A stretch of 64,000 nt of DNA from an uncultured Ignavibacteriales bacterium (GCA_964523575.1 CAZGAV010000011.1:2294-66293), one strand, 5' to 3'; positions 56,025-64,000 are shown, counted from the first letter of the stretch. The notes: generated by a model from the letters alone, not told the origin. Numbers and translations: made by a program.

Positions 56025-58058
56025 ATGCCAAGAGTCCTTCTGGTAGACGATGAAGATAAATTCCGCGAATCGATGGCCAGCCGCCTGCGATTGCGCGGCT
56101 ATGATGTCGTAGATGTGACCAACGGCGAGGACGCCATCAAAAAAGTGAGAAGCGACGACGAAATCGACGTCGTCGTTCTGGACCGCAAAATGCCGGGGAT
56201 GAGCGGCGAGCAAACGCTCAAGGAAGTTCGAACCTTCCGCCCGGCCATTCAGGTAATCATGCTGACCGGTCACGGGTCGCTGGGTTCGGCCATGGAGGTC
56301 GGCAAACTGGAGGCTTTTTCCTATTTGCAGAAACCATGCGAACTGGAAGATTTGATCAAGACCATCGAAGAGGCCCGGGAAAACAAAGTCTTCGCCATGG
56401 AGCGCTACGAAATTCCGCGCGTTGAAAAAGGCTCAGCCTGGAAATGGCTCAAAGGTTCGCACAATTCCCGGCCCGGGGTCATTATGCTGGCGGTTCTGGT
56501 GTTTATTGGCATCCTCGCCCTGCCGACGCCGAAACGGCTGATGCAAATCGTCTCGGCCCCCAAAACCGGGCAGTTGACCGACTCCAACATGGGATACGCC
56601 AGTTACCGGAAGATGAAAGACGGCGAAACTATCGCCGATTATTACAGCAAATCTTCCGGCATGGGCGTCACCCGGGTCGACGCCGACGGCAAGAAAATTT
56701 CCGAACCTCTGCCGCCGAAGGGAGTCGCCTTCAAAGCCCGCGTTATGCTGGGCATACTGGTTGTGGCCGCCATGTTCTGGGCCACCGGCGCCATTCCGGT
56801 CGGCGTCACCGCCCTGCTGGTGGGCGTCTTCATGTACTTCTTCGGCATCCTCAAACCCGATGATATCGCGGCCGCCTATGCCAAAGACTCGGTTATCTTC
56901 ATTTTCGGAGTGCTGGCCATTTCGCTGGCCATAAGCAAAACCGGACTCGACCGGCGCATCGGCCTCTTGCTTCTGGGACCGGCCAAAAATCTGGGCCGGT
57001 ATCTTTTCATTTTTCTGCCGCTACTGGGTATCGCCTGCTCGTTTGTTTCTGAGCATGCCCTGATCGCCTTCATCATGCCGCTTTTCATTATGGTTTATGC
57101 TTCCTCGGTCCGCGCCGCCGGGCTCAAAAAGGATCGGGCTTTGGCGGTCTTGTTTATCCTGTCGGCCTGCTATGTGGCCAACTGCGGCGGCCCCGGTTCG
57201 CCGGCCGCGGGCGGACGCAACGCCGTCATGCTCGGTATCCTCACCGACTACGGCATCGCTCCCTCTTTCGGGCAATGGGTGAAATACGGACTGCCGTTCG
57301 TGCCCGTTATGGCGCTGGTGATCGCGCTCTATTTTTATCTGACGTTCCGGCGAAAATTGAAAGTGACCAACCTCAATATTTCATCGCTGGTGCGGCAGGC
57401 CTCGGAAAAAATCGGGCCGATGAATAAAAATGAATATCTGACGGCGGCGACCCTGATTCTCCTGATCTTCCTCTGGATCACGGCCAGCGACCTCTACGGT
57501 CTGGGCGGGCCGGTGATACTCTGCATCGTCCTGCTCAATATCATGCGTATCCTGCGCTGGCGCGACATCGCCTCCATTCCCTGGGATGTGGTCGCCCTCT
57601 ATGCCAGCGCCACCGCTCTGGGCAAGGGCCTGGCCGTAACCGGCGCGGCCCTGTATATGGCCGACGGTTTTATCAATCTTATGCCCGATTTTCTGACTCA
57701 CGGCACCGGGCTGGCCATTGCCGCCAGCATCTTCACCGGCATCGCCACCAATTTCATGAGCGACGGCGCCACCGTTTCGGCTATCGGGCCGATCACGGTG
57801 CCGATGGCGACCATTTCCGGGACTCATCCCTGGATGGTCGGGCTATCGACGGCTTTCGCCTCATCCTTCGCCCACATGCTGATTATCGGAACTCCCAACA
57901 ACGCCATCGCCTATGCCATGGCCAAGGACCCGGTGACCGGAGAACAAATGGTAACCCTGGGCGATTTCCTGAAACATGGTTCGGCTATTTTGCTCCTGTC
58001 ATTCGTCGTCCTGTGGTTCTGGACTTTCCTGGGCTACTGGCGCATACTTGGATTTTAG
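56025..58058 (+). CDS. Response-regulator receiver fused to an SLC13/DASS-CitMHS-type (ion-transporter superfamily) permease
   Basis: Residues 1-120 form a complete REC (LLVDDEDK, VVVLDRKMPGMSG, MLTGHGS, LQKP). After a linker comes a ~440-aa polytopic domain with FWATGAIPVGVTALLVG and the re-entrant-loop-like motifs CGGPGSPAAGGRNAV and IIGTPNNAIAYA. Confidence 0.88.
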   Translation: MPRVLLVDDEDKFRESMASRLRLRGYDVVDVTNGEDAIKKVRSDDEIDVVVLDRKMPGMSGEQTLKEVRTFRPAIQVIMLTGHGSLGSAMEVGKLEAFSYLQKPCELEDLIKTIEEARENKVFAMERYEIPRVEKGSAWKWLKGSHNSRPGVIMLAVLVFIGILALPTPKRLMQIVSAPKTGQLTDSNMGYASYRKMKDGETIADYYSKSSGMGVTRVDADGKKISEPLPPKGVAFKARVMLGILVVAAMFWATGAIPVGVTALLVGVFMYFFGILKPDDIAAAYAKDSVIFIFGVLAISLAISKTGLDRRIGLLLLGPAKNLGRYLFIFLPLLGIACSFVSEHALIAFIMPLFIMVYASSVRAAGLKKDRALAVLFILSACYVANCGGPGSPAAGGRNAVMLGILTDYGIAPSFGQWVKYGLPFVPVMALVIALYFYLTFRRKLKVTNLNISSLVRQASEKIGPMNKNEYLTAATLILLIFLWITASDLYGLGGPVILCIVLLNIMRILRWRDIASIPWDVVALYASATALGKGLAVTGAALYMADGFINLMPDFLTHGTGLAIAASIFTGIATNFMSDGATVSAIGPITVPMATISGTHPWMVGLSTAFASSFAHMLIIGTPNNAIAYAMAKDPVTGEQMVTLGDFLKHGSAILLLSFVVLWFWTFLGYWRILGF

Positions 58059-58080
58059 GTTTAAAGAAGAGAGGTAATCC

Positions 58081-58569
58081 ATGCCGGATAAAATCAAATT
58101 GCTGATCGTCGATGACGAGGTCAAATATCTGGACTCGATCGCCCAGCGATTAGAATTGCGCGGCTTCGACGTCACCAAGGCATCCAGCGGAGCGGCCGCC
58201 CTTGATGCCGCCAAGGCGGGCAAATTCGATCTGGCCCTGCTTGATCTGAAAATGCCGGGCATGGACGGCACCGAAGTGCTGGCCCGCCTGAAGCAGGAGC
58301 ATAAATTCCTCGAGGTGATTATCCTCACCGGACACGGCTCACTGGACTCGGCGGTCGAATGCACCAAGCTGGGCGCCTTCGGCTATCTGCCCAAACCGTA
58401 CGAGCTGGATAATCTCCTGAGTGTGATCAGGCAGGCCTATGAGGCCCGCCTCAAGAAAAAATTCGAGCTCGACGCGGCGCGAATGGATAAAATCGCCGAA
58501 ATCGCACTCGGCTCCAGCGCCCTGGGCATTCTGCGCGAATTGTCGAAGCTGGACAACGAAGAAAAATAG
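58081..58569 (+). CDS. Stand-alone response-regulator receiver with short helical C-terminal extension
   Basis: LLIVDDEVK, ALLDLKMPGMDG, ILTGHGS, LPKP, plus a ~40-aa tail. Confidence 0.9.
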   Translation: MPDKIKLLIVDDEVKYLDSIAQRLELRGFDVTKASSGAAALDAAKAGKFDLALLDLKMPGMDGTEVLARLKQEHKFLEVIILTGHGSLDSAVECTKLGAFGYLPKPYELDNLLSVIRQAYEARLKKKFELDAARMDKIAEIALGSSALGILRELSKLDNEEK

Positions 58570-58592
58570 ACTTCCCAAGGCTGTCCGGGAAG

Positions 58593-59060
58593 GTGACAGC
58601 CGGGATAGAGACAGGGGAAAACGTGAATCTTGCGTCGCAGATCGACATCAAGGCCCCAGCGGAAAAAGTCTTCGATCTGGTCAGTGATATCGTCCGCATG
58701 CCGCAATGGATGGACAACCTGATCGAATCCGAATATTTGGCCGGTTTCGATCCGGTCCGGGCCATCGGAGCCGGATTCAGACAAAAGGCCTCGGAAATGG
58801 GCCGGGAATTCATCTACGAGGGCCGAATAACCGCTTATGACCCACCGGCCAAATTCGCCATACGCGTCGACAGCAAGGATTTTGCCCTCGAGATAACGAT
58901 CGACATCACGCCCACTCAACAGGGGTCACGGCTCGATTACAAGGCCGAAATGACCCGAGCCTCTTTCAAAATTCGTCTTCTGGCGTCGGCTTTCACTTCG
59001 GTGGCCGAAAAGACTCTGACGCGGCAGCTGAGCAATCTCAAGAAACTGGCCGAATCGTAA
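58593..59060 (+). CDS. SRPBCC (START/polyketide-cyclase-like) family protein
   Basis: The N-terminal pattern I.APAEKVFDLVSDI..MPQW and ~150-aa size are typical of SRPBCC proteins. The start is GTG or slightly downstream. Confidence 0.7.
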   Translation: MTAGIETGENVNLASQIDIKAPAEKVFDLVSDIVRMPQWMDNLIESEYLAGFDPVRAIGAGFRQKASEMGREFIYEGRITAYDPPAKFAIRVDSKDFALEITIDITPTQQGSRLDYKAEMTRASFKIRLLASAFTSVAEKTLTRQLSNLKKLAES

Positions 59061-59195
59061 ACTCCGAGCGCGAAGTTCATGACAGGTCATCGCACCACCG
59101 GCCGCGGGTCAAAAAACAGGTGTATCAATTCCAGTTTTATATTAATTTACGGTCGGTAACCATGGACTGCCTCACCCTTCTCAGGATGGTGCTTT

Positions 59196-60491
59196 ATGCC
59201 GAAAAGTACTTCGCTGGCGGTGTTGGCCTGTATGATAATTTTTCAGGCCGCACCGTTGATGGCTCAAAACGACCGGGTCCAGTACGTTCCCTATTACAGG
59301 GACCCGGCCAATGAGGAATTGCGCTTAAAACTTGATTCGCTCAAGGACGTGCGCGACAGCATTACCGATGAAATCCGCGACCGACAGGAAGAATTTAAAA
59401 AGCAGGAAAGAGAAAACCGCCAGTCTCTGCAATTCGATTTCACTGGCGTTGTCAAACCGGCCTCGCCCGACGATTTCAAATCGGAGTTCCATTTCCCGCC
59501 TGTCCGACAGTATCGCACCGGAACCTGCTGGTGCTTTTCGGGGACTTCGTTCCTGGAATCGGAAGTCTATCGGTTGACCGGAAAAAAAATCCAGCTCTCG
59601 GTGATGTACACCGTTTATCATGAGTATCTTGAAAAGGCCCGCTATTTCGTACGACAGCGCGGCCTCGAATGGAACGGCGAGGGTTCCGAAACCAACGCCG
59701 TTACCCGGATGGTTAAAAAATACGGCGCCGTACCTCTCGATGTCTATCCCGGCTATGTCGGCGATCCCCGGCATGATCATTCGGAGTTGTCCGACGAAAT
59801 CGACGCCTTTTTCGAATTCGTCAAAGCCAATGATTTCTGGGACGAGGATGCGGTGGTCGAACATGTCAAACTGATTCTCAATAAATATCTTGGAACGCCG
59901 CCCGAGACTTTCGTTTTCGAGGGGAAAACGATAACGCCCCTCGCTTTTCTACATGATGTCCTGAAATTCAATCCCGATGATTATTACAGCGTCATGTCAA
60001 CCCTGTCCGAACCGTTCTACACCCAGGGACCCCTCGAAGTACGCGACAACTGGTGGCATGACAGCAGTTATTGCAACGTGCCTCTCGATGAATGGTTCGC
60101 GGCCATCGTCATGGCCATCGATAACGGCTATACCGTGACCATCGGCGGCGACAATTCCGAACCGGGCTGGAACGGTTTCGAGGATGCCTGTATCATTCCC
60201 GATTTCGATATTCCCCAGTCTTACATTAATCAGGATTCGCGGGAATACCGGTTGTACTACGGGATCACCGGCGACGATCACGGTATCCATCTCGTCGGCC
60301 ATACCCGGATCGACGGCCGCGACTGGTTCTTGATCAAGGATTCCGGCAGTAGCGGCCATTGGGGCAAGTACAAAGGCTACTACTTCATGCGCGACGACTA
60401 CGTCCGCCTCAAAATGATGACCTTCACCGCTCATAAGGATATCCTGGCCGATCTTCTGGCAAAAATGAAACCCCTTCCCGGCGAGGAATAG
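59196..60491 (+). CDS. C1-family cysteine peptidase (aminopeptidase C / bleomycin-hydrolase-like) with signal peptide
   Basis: Q-x5-C-W context QYRTGTCWCFSGTSF, His context DDHGIHLVGH, and an N-terminal signal peptide MPKSTSLAVLACMIIFQAAPLMAQ. Confidence 0.8.
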   Translation: MPKSTSLAVLACMIIFQAAPLMAQNDRVQYVPYYRDPANEELRLKLDSLKDVRDSITDEIRDRQEEFKKQERENRQSLQFDFTGVVKPASPDDFKSEFHFPPVRQYRTGTCWCFSGTSFLESEVYRLTGKKIQLSVMYTVYHEYLEKARYFVRQRGLEWNGEGSETNAVTRMVKKYGAVPLDVYPGYVGDPRHDHSELSDEIDAFFEFVKANDFWDEDAVVEHVKLILNKYLGTPPETFVFEGKTITPLAFLHDVLKFNPDDYYSVMSTLSEPFYTQGPLEVRDNWWHDSSYCNVPLDEWFAAIVMAIDNGYTVTIGGDNSEPGWNGFEDACIIPDFDIPQSYINQDSREYRLYYGITGDDHGIHLVGHTRIDGRDWFLIKDSGSSGHWGKYKGYYFMRDDYVRLKMMTFTAHKDILADLLAKMKPLPGEE

Positions 60492-60497
60492 AAATTA

Positions 60498-61016
60498 ATG
60501 GCGGTGAAAGATATTCTGCAGTTGGGCCATCCGTTGCTTTGGGAAAAATCAACGCCGGTCGATCCGGCGGAGATGGACGTCGCCGTTTCAATTATTGATG
60601 ATTTGCGCGACACCCTTGCCGCCTTCAGACAGGATAACGGTTTTGGGCGCGGTATCGCCGCGCCCCAGATCGGCATACTGAAGCGGATGATATATATCGC
60701 CATGCCGTCCGGCGAGTTTTCCGGAGCCTTGATCAACCCGATTATCGTGGACCGAAGCGAAAACAGCGTCGAGTTATGGGACTCCTGTTTCAGTCTGCCG
60801 GGCCTGATGGTCAAGGTTTCCCGTTCGGCCGCCGTCGGGGTCGAATACGATGACCTGGCCGGACATCATCACCGCCTTGAGGCCAAAGACAGCCTCTCCG
60901 AATTATTACAGCATGAAATCGATCATCTCGACGGCCTGCTTATCATCCATCGCGCCTTATCGCCTCGGGCTTTTACAACACGGCAGGAATATCTGCGTAT
61001 CACCTCCAAAGCATAG
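60498..61016 (+). CDS. def: Peptide deformylase
   Basis: Motif 1 GRGIAAPQIG, motif 2 variant DSCFSLPG (normally EGCLS), motif 3 QHEIDHLDG. Confidence 0.85.
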   Translation: MAVKDILQLGHPLLWEKSTPVDPAEMDVAVSIIDDLRDTLAAFRQDNGFGRGIAAPQIGILKRMIYIAMPSGEFSGALINPIIVDRSENSVELWDSCFSLPGLMVKVSRSAAVGVEYDDLAGHHHRLEAKDSLSELLQHEIDHLDGLLIIHRALSPRAFTTRQEYLRITSKA

Positions 61017-61045
61017 CTTGATGGTAAATAATTGTTTCCGATGAG

Positions 61046-61405
61046 GTGACGCCTGATATGAATAATTTCGATGAAATAACCGGGGCCGAATTCGAAAAGC
61101 TGGAATTGAGAGTGGGGACGGTCGTCGAGGCCGATGATTTTCCCGAAGCGCAGAAGCCGGCCTACAAATTGAAGATCGACTTCGGACGCGAAATCGGCGT
61201 CCGGCATTCCAGCGCCCAGATAACCGACCTGTATGCCCGCGAGGAACTGATTGGTATGCAGGTGGTGGCGGTGTTGAATCTTCCATCCAAAAAAATCGCC
61301 GGGTTCACCTCCGAAGTGCTGGTCACCGGCTTCCCCGATGGCGATGGCGCTGTGGTTCTGGCGGTTCCTGAACGGTTCGTTCCCGACGGTTCCAAACTGT
61401 TTTGA
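61046..61405 (+). CDS. CsaA/YgjH-like tRNA-binding (OB-fold) protein
   Basis: [28 protein letters not shown]...R.SSAQIT pattern. 119 aa. Confidence 0.85.
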   Translation: MTPDMNNFDEITGAEFEKLELRVGTVVEADDFPEAQKPAYKLKIDFGREIGVRHSSAQITDLYAREELIGMQVVAVLNLPSKKIAGFTSEVLVTGFPDGDGAVVLAVPERFVPDGSKLF

Positions 61406-61462
61406 TCGCCGCCGGAAATTATTTAAAATAATATCAATCGCACCGCGCCGGCCCACTATTTC

Positions 61463-61491
61463 TTGACATAAATTTTAAAGTCGCTTATTAT
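61463..61491 (+). promoter_or_regulatory. Sigma-70-like promoter upstream of the lipoprotein gene
   Basis: TTGACA (61463-61468), a 17-nt spacer, then TATTAT (61486-61491). An AGGAGG RBS lies 7 nt before the ATG at 61533. Confidence 0.45.
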
Positions 61492-61532
61492 AAATTTATA
61501 CCATTTTATCTTTCTGCAGGAGGGAATTAATC

Positions 61533-62684
61533 ATGTTTTCAGGAAAATACAGGGGCTGGCTTGTCTTGTTGGTCATAGCCGGCTTCATCGTCGGTCTCAG
61601 CGTCGGCTGTTCCGATGATGACAAAACAACCGATCCCGGCAACGGCTGGGAACCACCCCCGGCGACCGATGTCGGACCCGAGGGGGATACCCTTGATATC
61701 GTCAATCAATTGAAACTGATCATACCGCCGGGCGCGCTCGATGACACAGTGAGATTCACGATCGTCCAGAACGACCCGCCGAGTGGAACGCCGGCTCCGA
61801 TGGGCCTGGTATCCAATTATTACGAGATCCAGCCCAGCGGTACAAATTTCGATCCTCCGGCGACACTGATATTGAACTACAGCGAAGCGAAACTCGGCGG
61901 TGGCGATGAGAGTACGATTCAATTGTATACTTATGACGGCGTCTGGACGGCGTTGACAACGACCGTCGATACCGATTTGAATAAAATCTCCGCTCCTATT
62001 TCACACCTGTCCGGTTACGGCGGCCTGGTCGATACAACCTCCCCGGCCGCAGAGGGTATTTTCGCCAAATTGGTTGTGGGGCGCAACATCACCTATATCG
62101 GCGCCGGCGATCCCTATCGCATCGATGCCTTTGAAGCCGTTTTCGACAGCGCCTACGCTCCCTGCGATCCCATTCAACCCATCGGAACCGTGGATGTCAC
62201 CTGCAATGACAGCACCCTGGTCTGGAATCAGAATACGGATATGTACACTTATCCCGAAACTCCGATGCCGATGGTGCCCCTGATTTCTCTGGGCGGCACT
62301 TATACTTTCGAGGTAACGGCCGGGGGCGGCGTGCCGGCCTTGAGCCGGTCGATCCTTTTCCCCGCTAACGAGCCGTATATCACCTACCCGACTATGATGA
62401 TGACCCTGAGCCGGACCGAATTCGATATCACCTGGGCCGGATTTGGGACCGGCACGATCGAATTGACCTTCATGGATTCCAACGGGCAAATTGTGGTCTT
62501 CGAGGAAACCCCCAATGACGGCAGTTATACGATTTCTTCGGCTTTGCTCAGCGGCCTGCCTTCGGGGGAATGTGTCATACTTATCAGTCATCACAACAAG
62601 GAAACCATCACCGCCGATGGATACGATTCGCGAAGTTATATCGCCGCGCGGGTTCAGAGCCAAACCATGTTTACTCTCGAATAA
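61533..62684 (+). CDS. Hypothetical lipoprotein
   Basis: Signal peptide with lipobox SVGC. A 383-aa beta-rich sequence with no recognised motif. Confidence 0.65.
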   Translation: MFSGKYRGWLVLLVIAGFIVGLSVGCSDDDKTTDPGNGWEPPPATDVGPEGDTLDIVNQLKLIIPPGALDDTVRFTIVQNDPPSGTPAPMGLVSNYYEIQPSGTNFDPPATLILNYSEAKLGGGDESTIQLYTYDGVWTALTTTVDTDLNKISAPISHLSGYGGLVDTTSPAAEGIFAKLVVGRNITYIGAGDPYRIDAFEAVFDSAYAPCDPIQPIGTVDVTCNDSTLVWNQNTDMYTYPETPMPMVPLISLGGTYTFEVTAGGGVPALSRSILFPANEPYITYPTMMMTLSRTEFDITWAGFGTGTIELTFMDSNGQIVVFEETPNDGSYTISSALLSGLPSGECVILISHHNKETITADGYDSRSYIAARVQSQTMFTLE

Positions 62685-62706
62685 CGACCAATATAGTCCT
62701 CTAAAA

Positions 62707-62732
62707 CCCCCGCCCGCGGCGGGGGTTTTTTT
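62707..62732. terminator. Rho-independent terminator after the lipoprotein gene
   Basis: AAAA-CCCCCGCC-CGC-GGCGGGGG-TTTTTTT: an 8-bp GC stem with A and T runs on both sides. Confidence 0.8.
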
Positions 62733-62921
62733 ATCCCAAAACGTCTCAAGCCGCTATTTTATTGGCGATTCGGGCCGGCATGGTCGATACCCCGGTCATC
62801 ATTTGATAATTTTCTCGTGCAGAGGCTTTGACAGGTAAGGATATTATCTTGTGACTGACAATATTTATCATGCCGGTTGCATTCAAGCCGCGACAATCAT
62901 CAGGAAATGTCGATTTACAAG

Positions 62922-62950
62922 GGCAGGCCCGACCGGGCCTGCCTTTTTTT
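62922..62950 (+). terminator. Strong orphan rho-independent terminator in a non-coding region
   Basis: A 9-bp stem GGCAGGCCC / GGGCCTGCC with loop GACC, followed by T7. It lies 190 nt downstream of the previous terminator with no credible ORF in between. Confidence 0.75.
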
Positions 62951-63076
62951 CCCACGGTCTATTAGTAATCGCAAAAAATCCGGGAACCCGGCCACAAGTA
63001 AAATTTATAAATATTTCATGGAATGAACATAGGTGTTGAACCATGGGTGGTAGAGATAACGATCGACCGCGGGTCC

Positions 63077-63104
63077 TTGACATTTGGGACCGATGCGATA
63101 TATT
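63077..63104 (+). promoter_or_regulatory. Sigma-70-like promoter upstream of the ABC exporter operon
   Basis: TTGACA (63077-63082), a 16-nt spacer, then TATATT (63099-63104). It lies 89 nt upstream of the ATG at 63193. Confidence 0.45.
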
Positions 63105-63192
63105 TCCGAATTCAATACGTGACCATATTATCATGATTACCGTATGCCTCGTTACGGCTCAACACTATTTTAGCATTTTGTGAGGTAGCTGT

Positions 63193-63963
63193 ATGACGGA
63201 TATTTCAAATCAGGCCATGATCGAGGCCAAAAACCTCTCCAGGTATTTCGGCCGATTCATGGCCATCAAGGATATCACTTTTTCCGTTCCTCAGGGCCAG
63301 ATTGTTGCTTTTCTGGGACCGAACGGGGCGGGAAAAACCACCACCATGCGCATCCTGACCGGTTTTCTGGGACCGAGCTCCGGATCGGCGGCCATCGCCG
63401 GACTGGATATCAACACGCATCGGCTGGAAGCCGCTCGGCATCTGGGTTACCTGCCCGAAAACGGTCCCCTGTACGAAAACATGACACCGCTGGAACTGCT
63501 GACTTTCTTCGGCGAAGCGCGTGGTCTGGATGGCCACACTCTCAGAAAACGAACCGACGTCGTCGTGGAACAATGCGCTCTACAGCACGTGCTGGAAAAA
63601 CCGATCGGCAAATTGTCGCGCGGCTACCGTCAGCGCGTCGGGCTGGCTCAGGCCCTTCTTCATGATCCCGACGTGTTGATCATGGATGAACCGACCGCCG
63701 GGCTGGACCCCAATCAAATTCGTGAATTCCGCACCAATCTCACCAACCTGGCCCGATCCAAGACCATCCTGCTTTCGACCCATATTCTACAGGAAGTCGA
63801 GGCGGTGGCCGACCGGGTCCTGCTGATCCATGACGGCCGGCTGGTCTTCGACGGCCATCCCGACGATCTCAAACGCGGCGGCACCATCGAGGAGAACTTT
63901 TACCGCATGACCGACTACGGCAAACCTTCCCCGGCCACCGAGGAGGAAGGAGCGGTATCATGA
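63193..63963 (+). CDS. ABC transporter ATP-binding protein (ABC-2/exporter type)
   Basis: Walker A GPNGAGKTT, signature LSRGYRQRV, Walker B VLIMDEPTAGLD, H-loop STHIL. Confidence 0.9.
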   Translation: MTDISNQAMIEAKNLSRYFGRFMAIKDITFSVPQGQIVAFLGPNGAGKTTTMRILTGFLGPSSGSAAIAGLDINTHRLEAARHLGYLPENGPLYENMTPLELLTFFGEARGLDGHTLRKRTDVVVEQCALQHVLEKPIGKLSRGYRQRVGLAQALLHDPDVLIMDEPTAGLDPNQIREFRTNLTNLARSKTILLSTHILQEVEAVADRVLLIHDGRLVFDGHPDDLKRGGTIEENFYRMTDYGKPSPATEEEGAVS

Positions 63964-64000
63964 AATCGAATGTTAAATTCAACAGCCGTATGATTGCGGT
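63960..64000 (+). CDS. Start of downstream gene, probably the ABC permease partner (3' truncated by window)
   Basis: The ATG overlaps the ATPase stop (ATGA). Only 13 codons are visible (MKSNVKFNSRMIA). Confidence 0.35.
   Translation, partial: MKSNVKFNSRMIA

Noticed and set aside
62851-63039. 62-aa track ORF in the non-coding island (also 62883..63134 on the minus strand).
   Set aside because: It starts with GTG without an RBS, reads straight through a strong terminator hairpin and T-run, and gives a low-complexity product. The region is better explained as non-coding RNA or UTR.
1-64000. Search for rRNA, tRNA, tmRNA, RNase P, SRP RNA, CRISPR arrays, transposases, integrases, phage genes or toxin-antitoxin pairs.
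   Set aside because: None recognised in any intergenic gap or ORF. By-eye scanning cannot exclude a small structured RNA, so tRNAscan-SE and Infernal/Rfam should be run. There is no evidence that any part of the window is a mobile element.

Overview
Chromosomal-looking bacterial DNA of roughly mid-50s % GC by eye, probably from an uncultivated lineage. That lineage call is a guess, based on dockerin-tailed secreted proteins and many stand-alone receiver domains. I can support about 55 protein-coding genes. I saw no rRNA, tRNA, CRISPR array, transposase, integrase or phage genes. All domain and family calls come from reading the translated ORFs by eye; no searches were run.

Content from left to right:
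- A 5'-truncated FG-GAP protein with a dockerin-like tail, then kup.
- A signalling cluster on the minus strand (REC, HisKA-only protein, REC, Cache-type histidine kinase, cytidylate-kinase-like/BON/REC protein), facing a CBS-pair gene and a SulP/STAS anion transporter.
- A 9-kb stretch (about 15.7-25.1 kb) that I read as a compact sigma-54 regulon. It holds four near-consensus -24/-12 promoters around one sensor kinase plus NtrC-type activator. These appear to drive htrA, a receiver::HPF(RaiA)-like fusion plus an APC permease, a HEAT protein plus type-IIIA (plant/fungal-like) H+-ATPase, and a small secreted protein.
- A BNR/TSP3/dockerin protein and a large transglutaminase-core protein.
- A molybdenum-cofactor operon (mog-moaA-[moaC remnant]-MOSC-moeA).
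- A heavy-metal RND efflux operon with an unusual adaptor and a Cys/His-rich leader gene.
- ACT, MgtC, beta-lactamase-family and ABC genes.
- A cohesin-like/6xHYR/TSP3/dockerin surface protein.
- A second signalling module: Cache kinase, two CBS-pair genes, a receiver fused to an SLC13/DASS-type permease, and a stand-alone REC.
- Housekeeping genes (C1 peptidase, def, csaA-like) and an ABC exporter start.

The most interesting candidates are the receiver-transporter fusion within paralogous kinase/CBS/anion-transporter modules, the sigma-54 island with the REC-HPF fusion and bacterial P3A proton pump, and the shared 66-69-aa dockerin-like C-terminal module with a cohesin-like partner domain.
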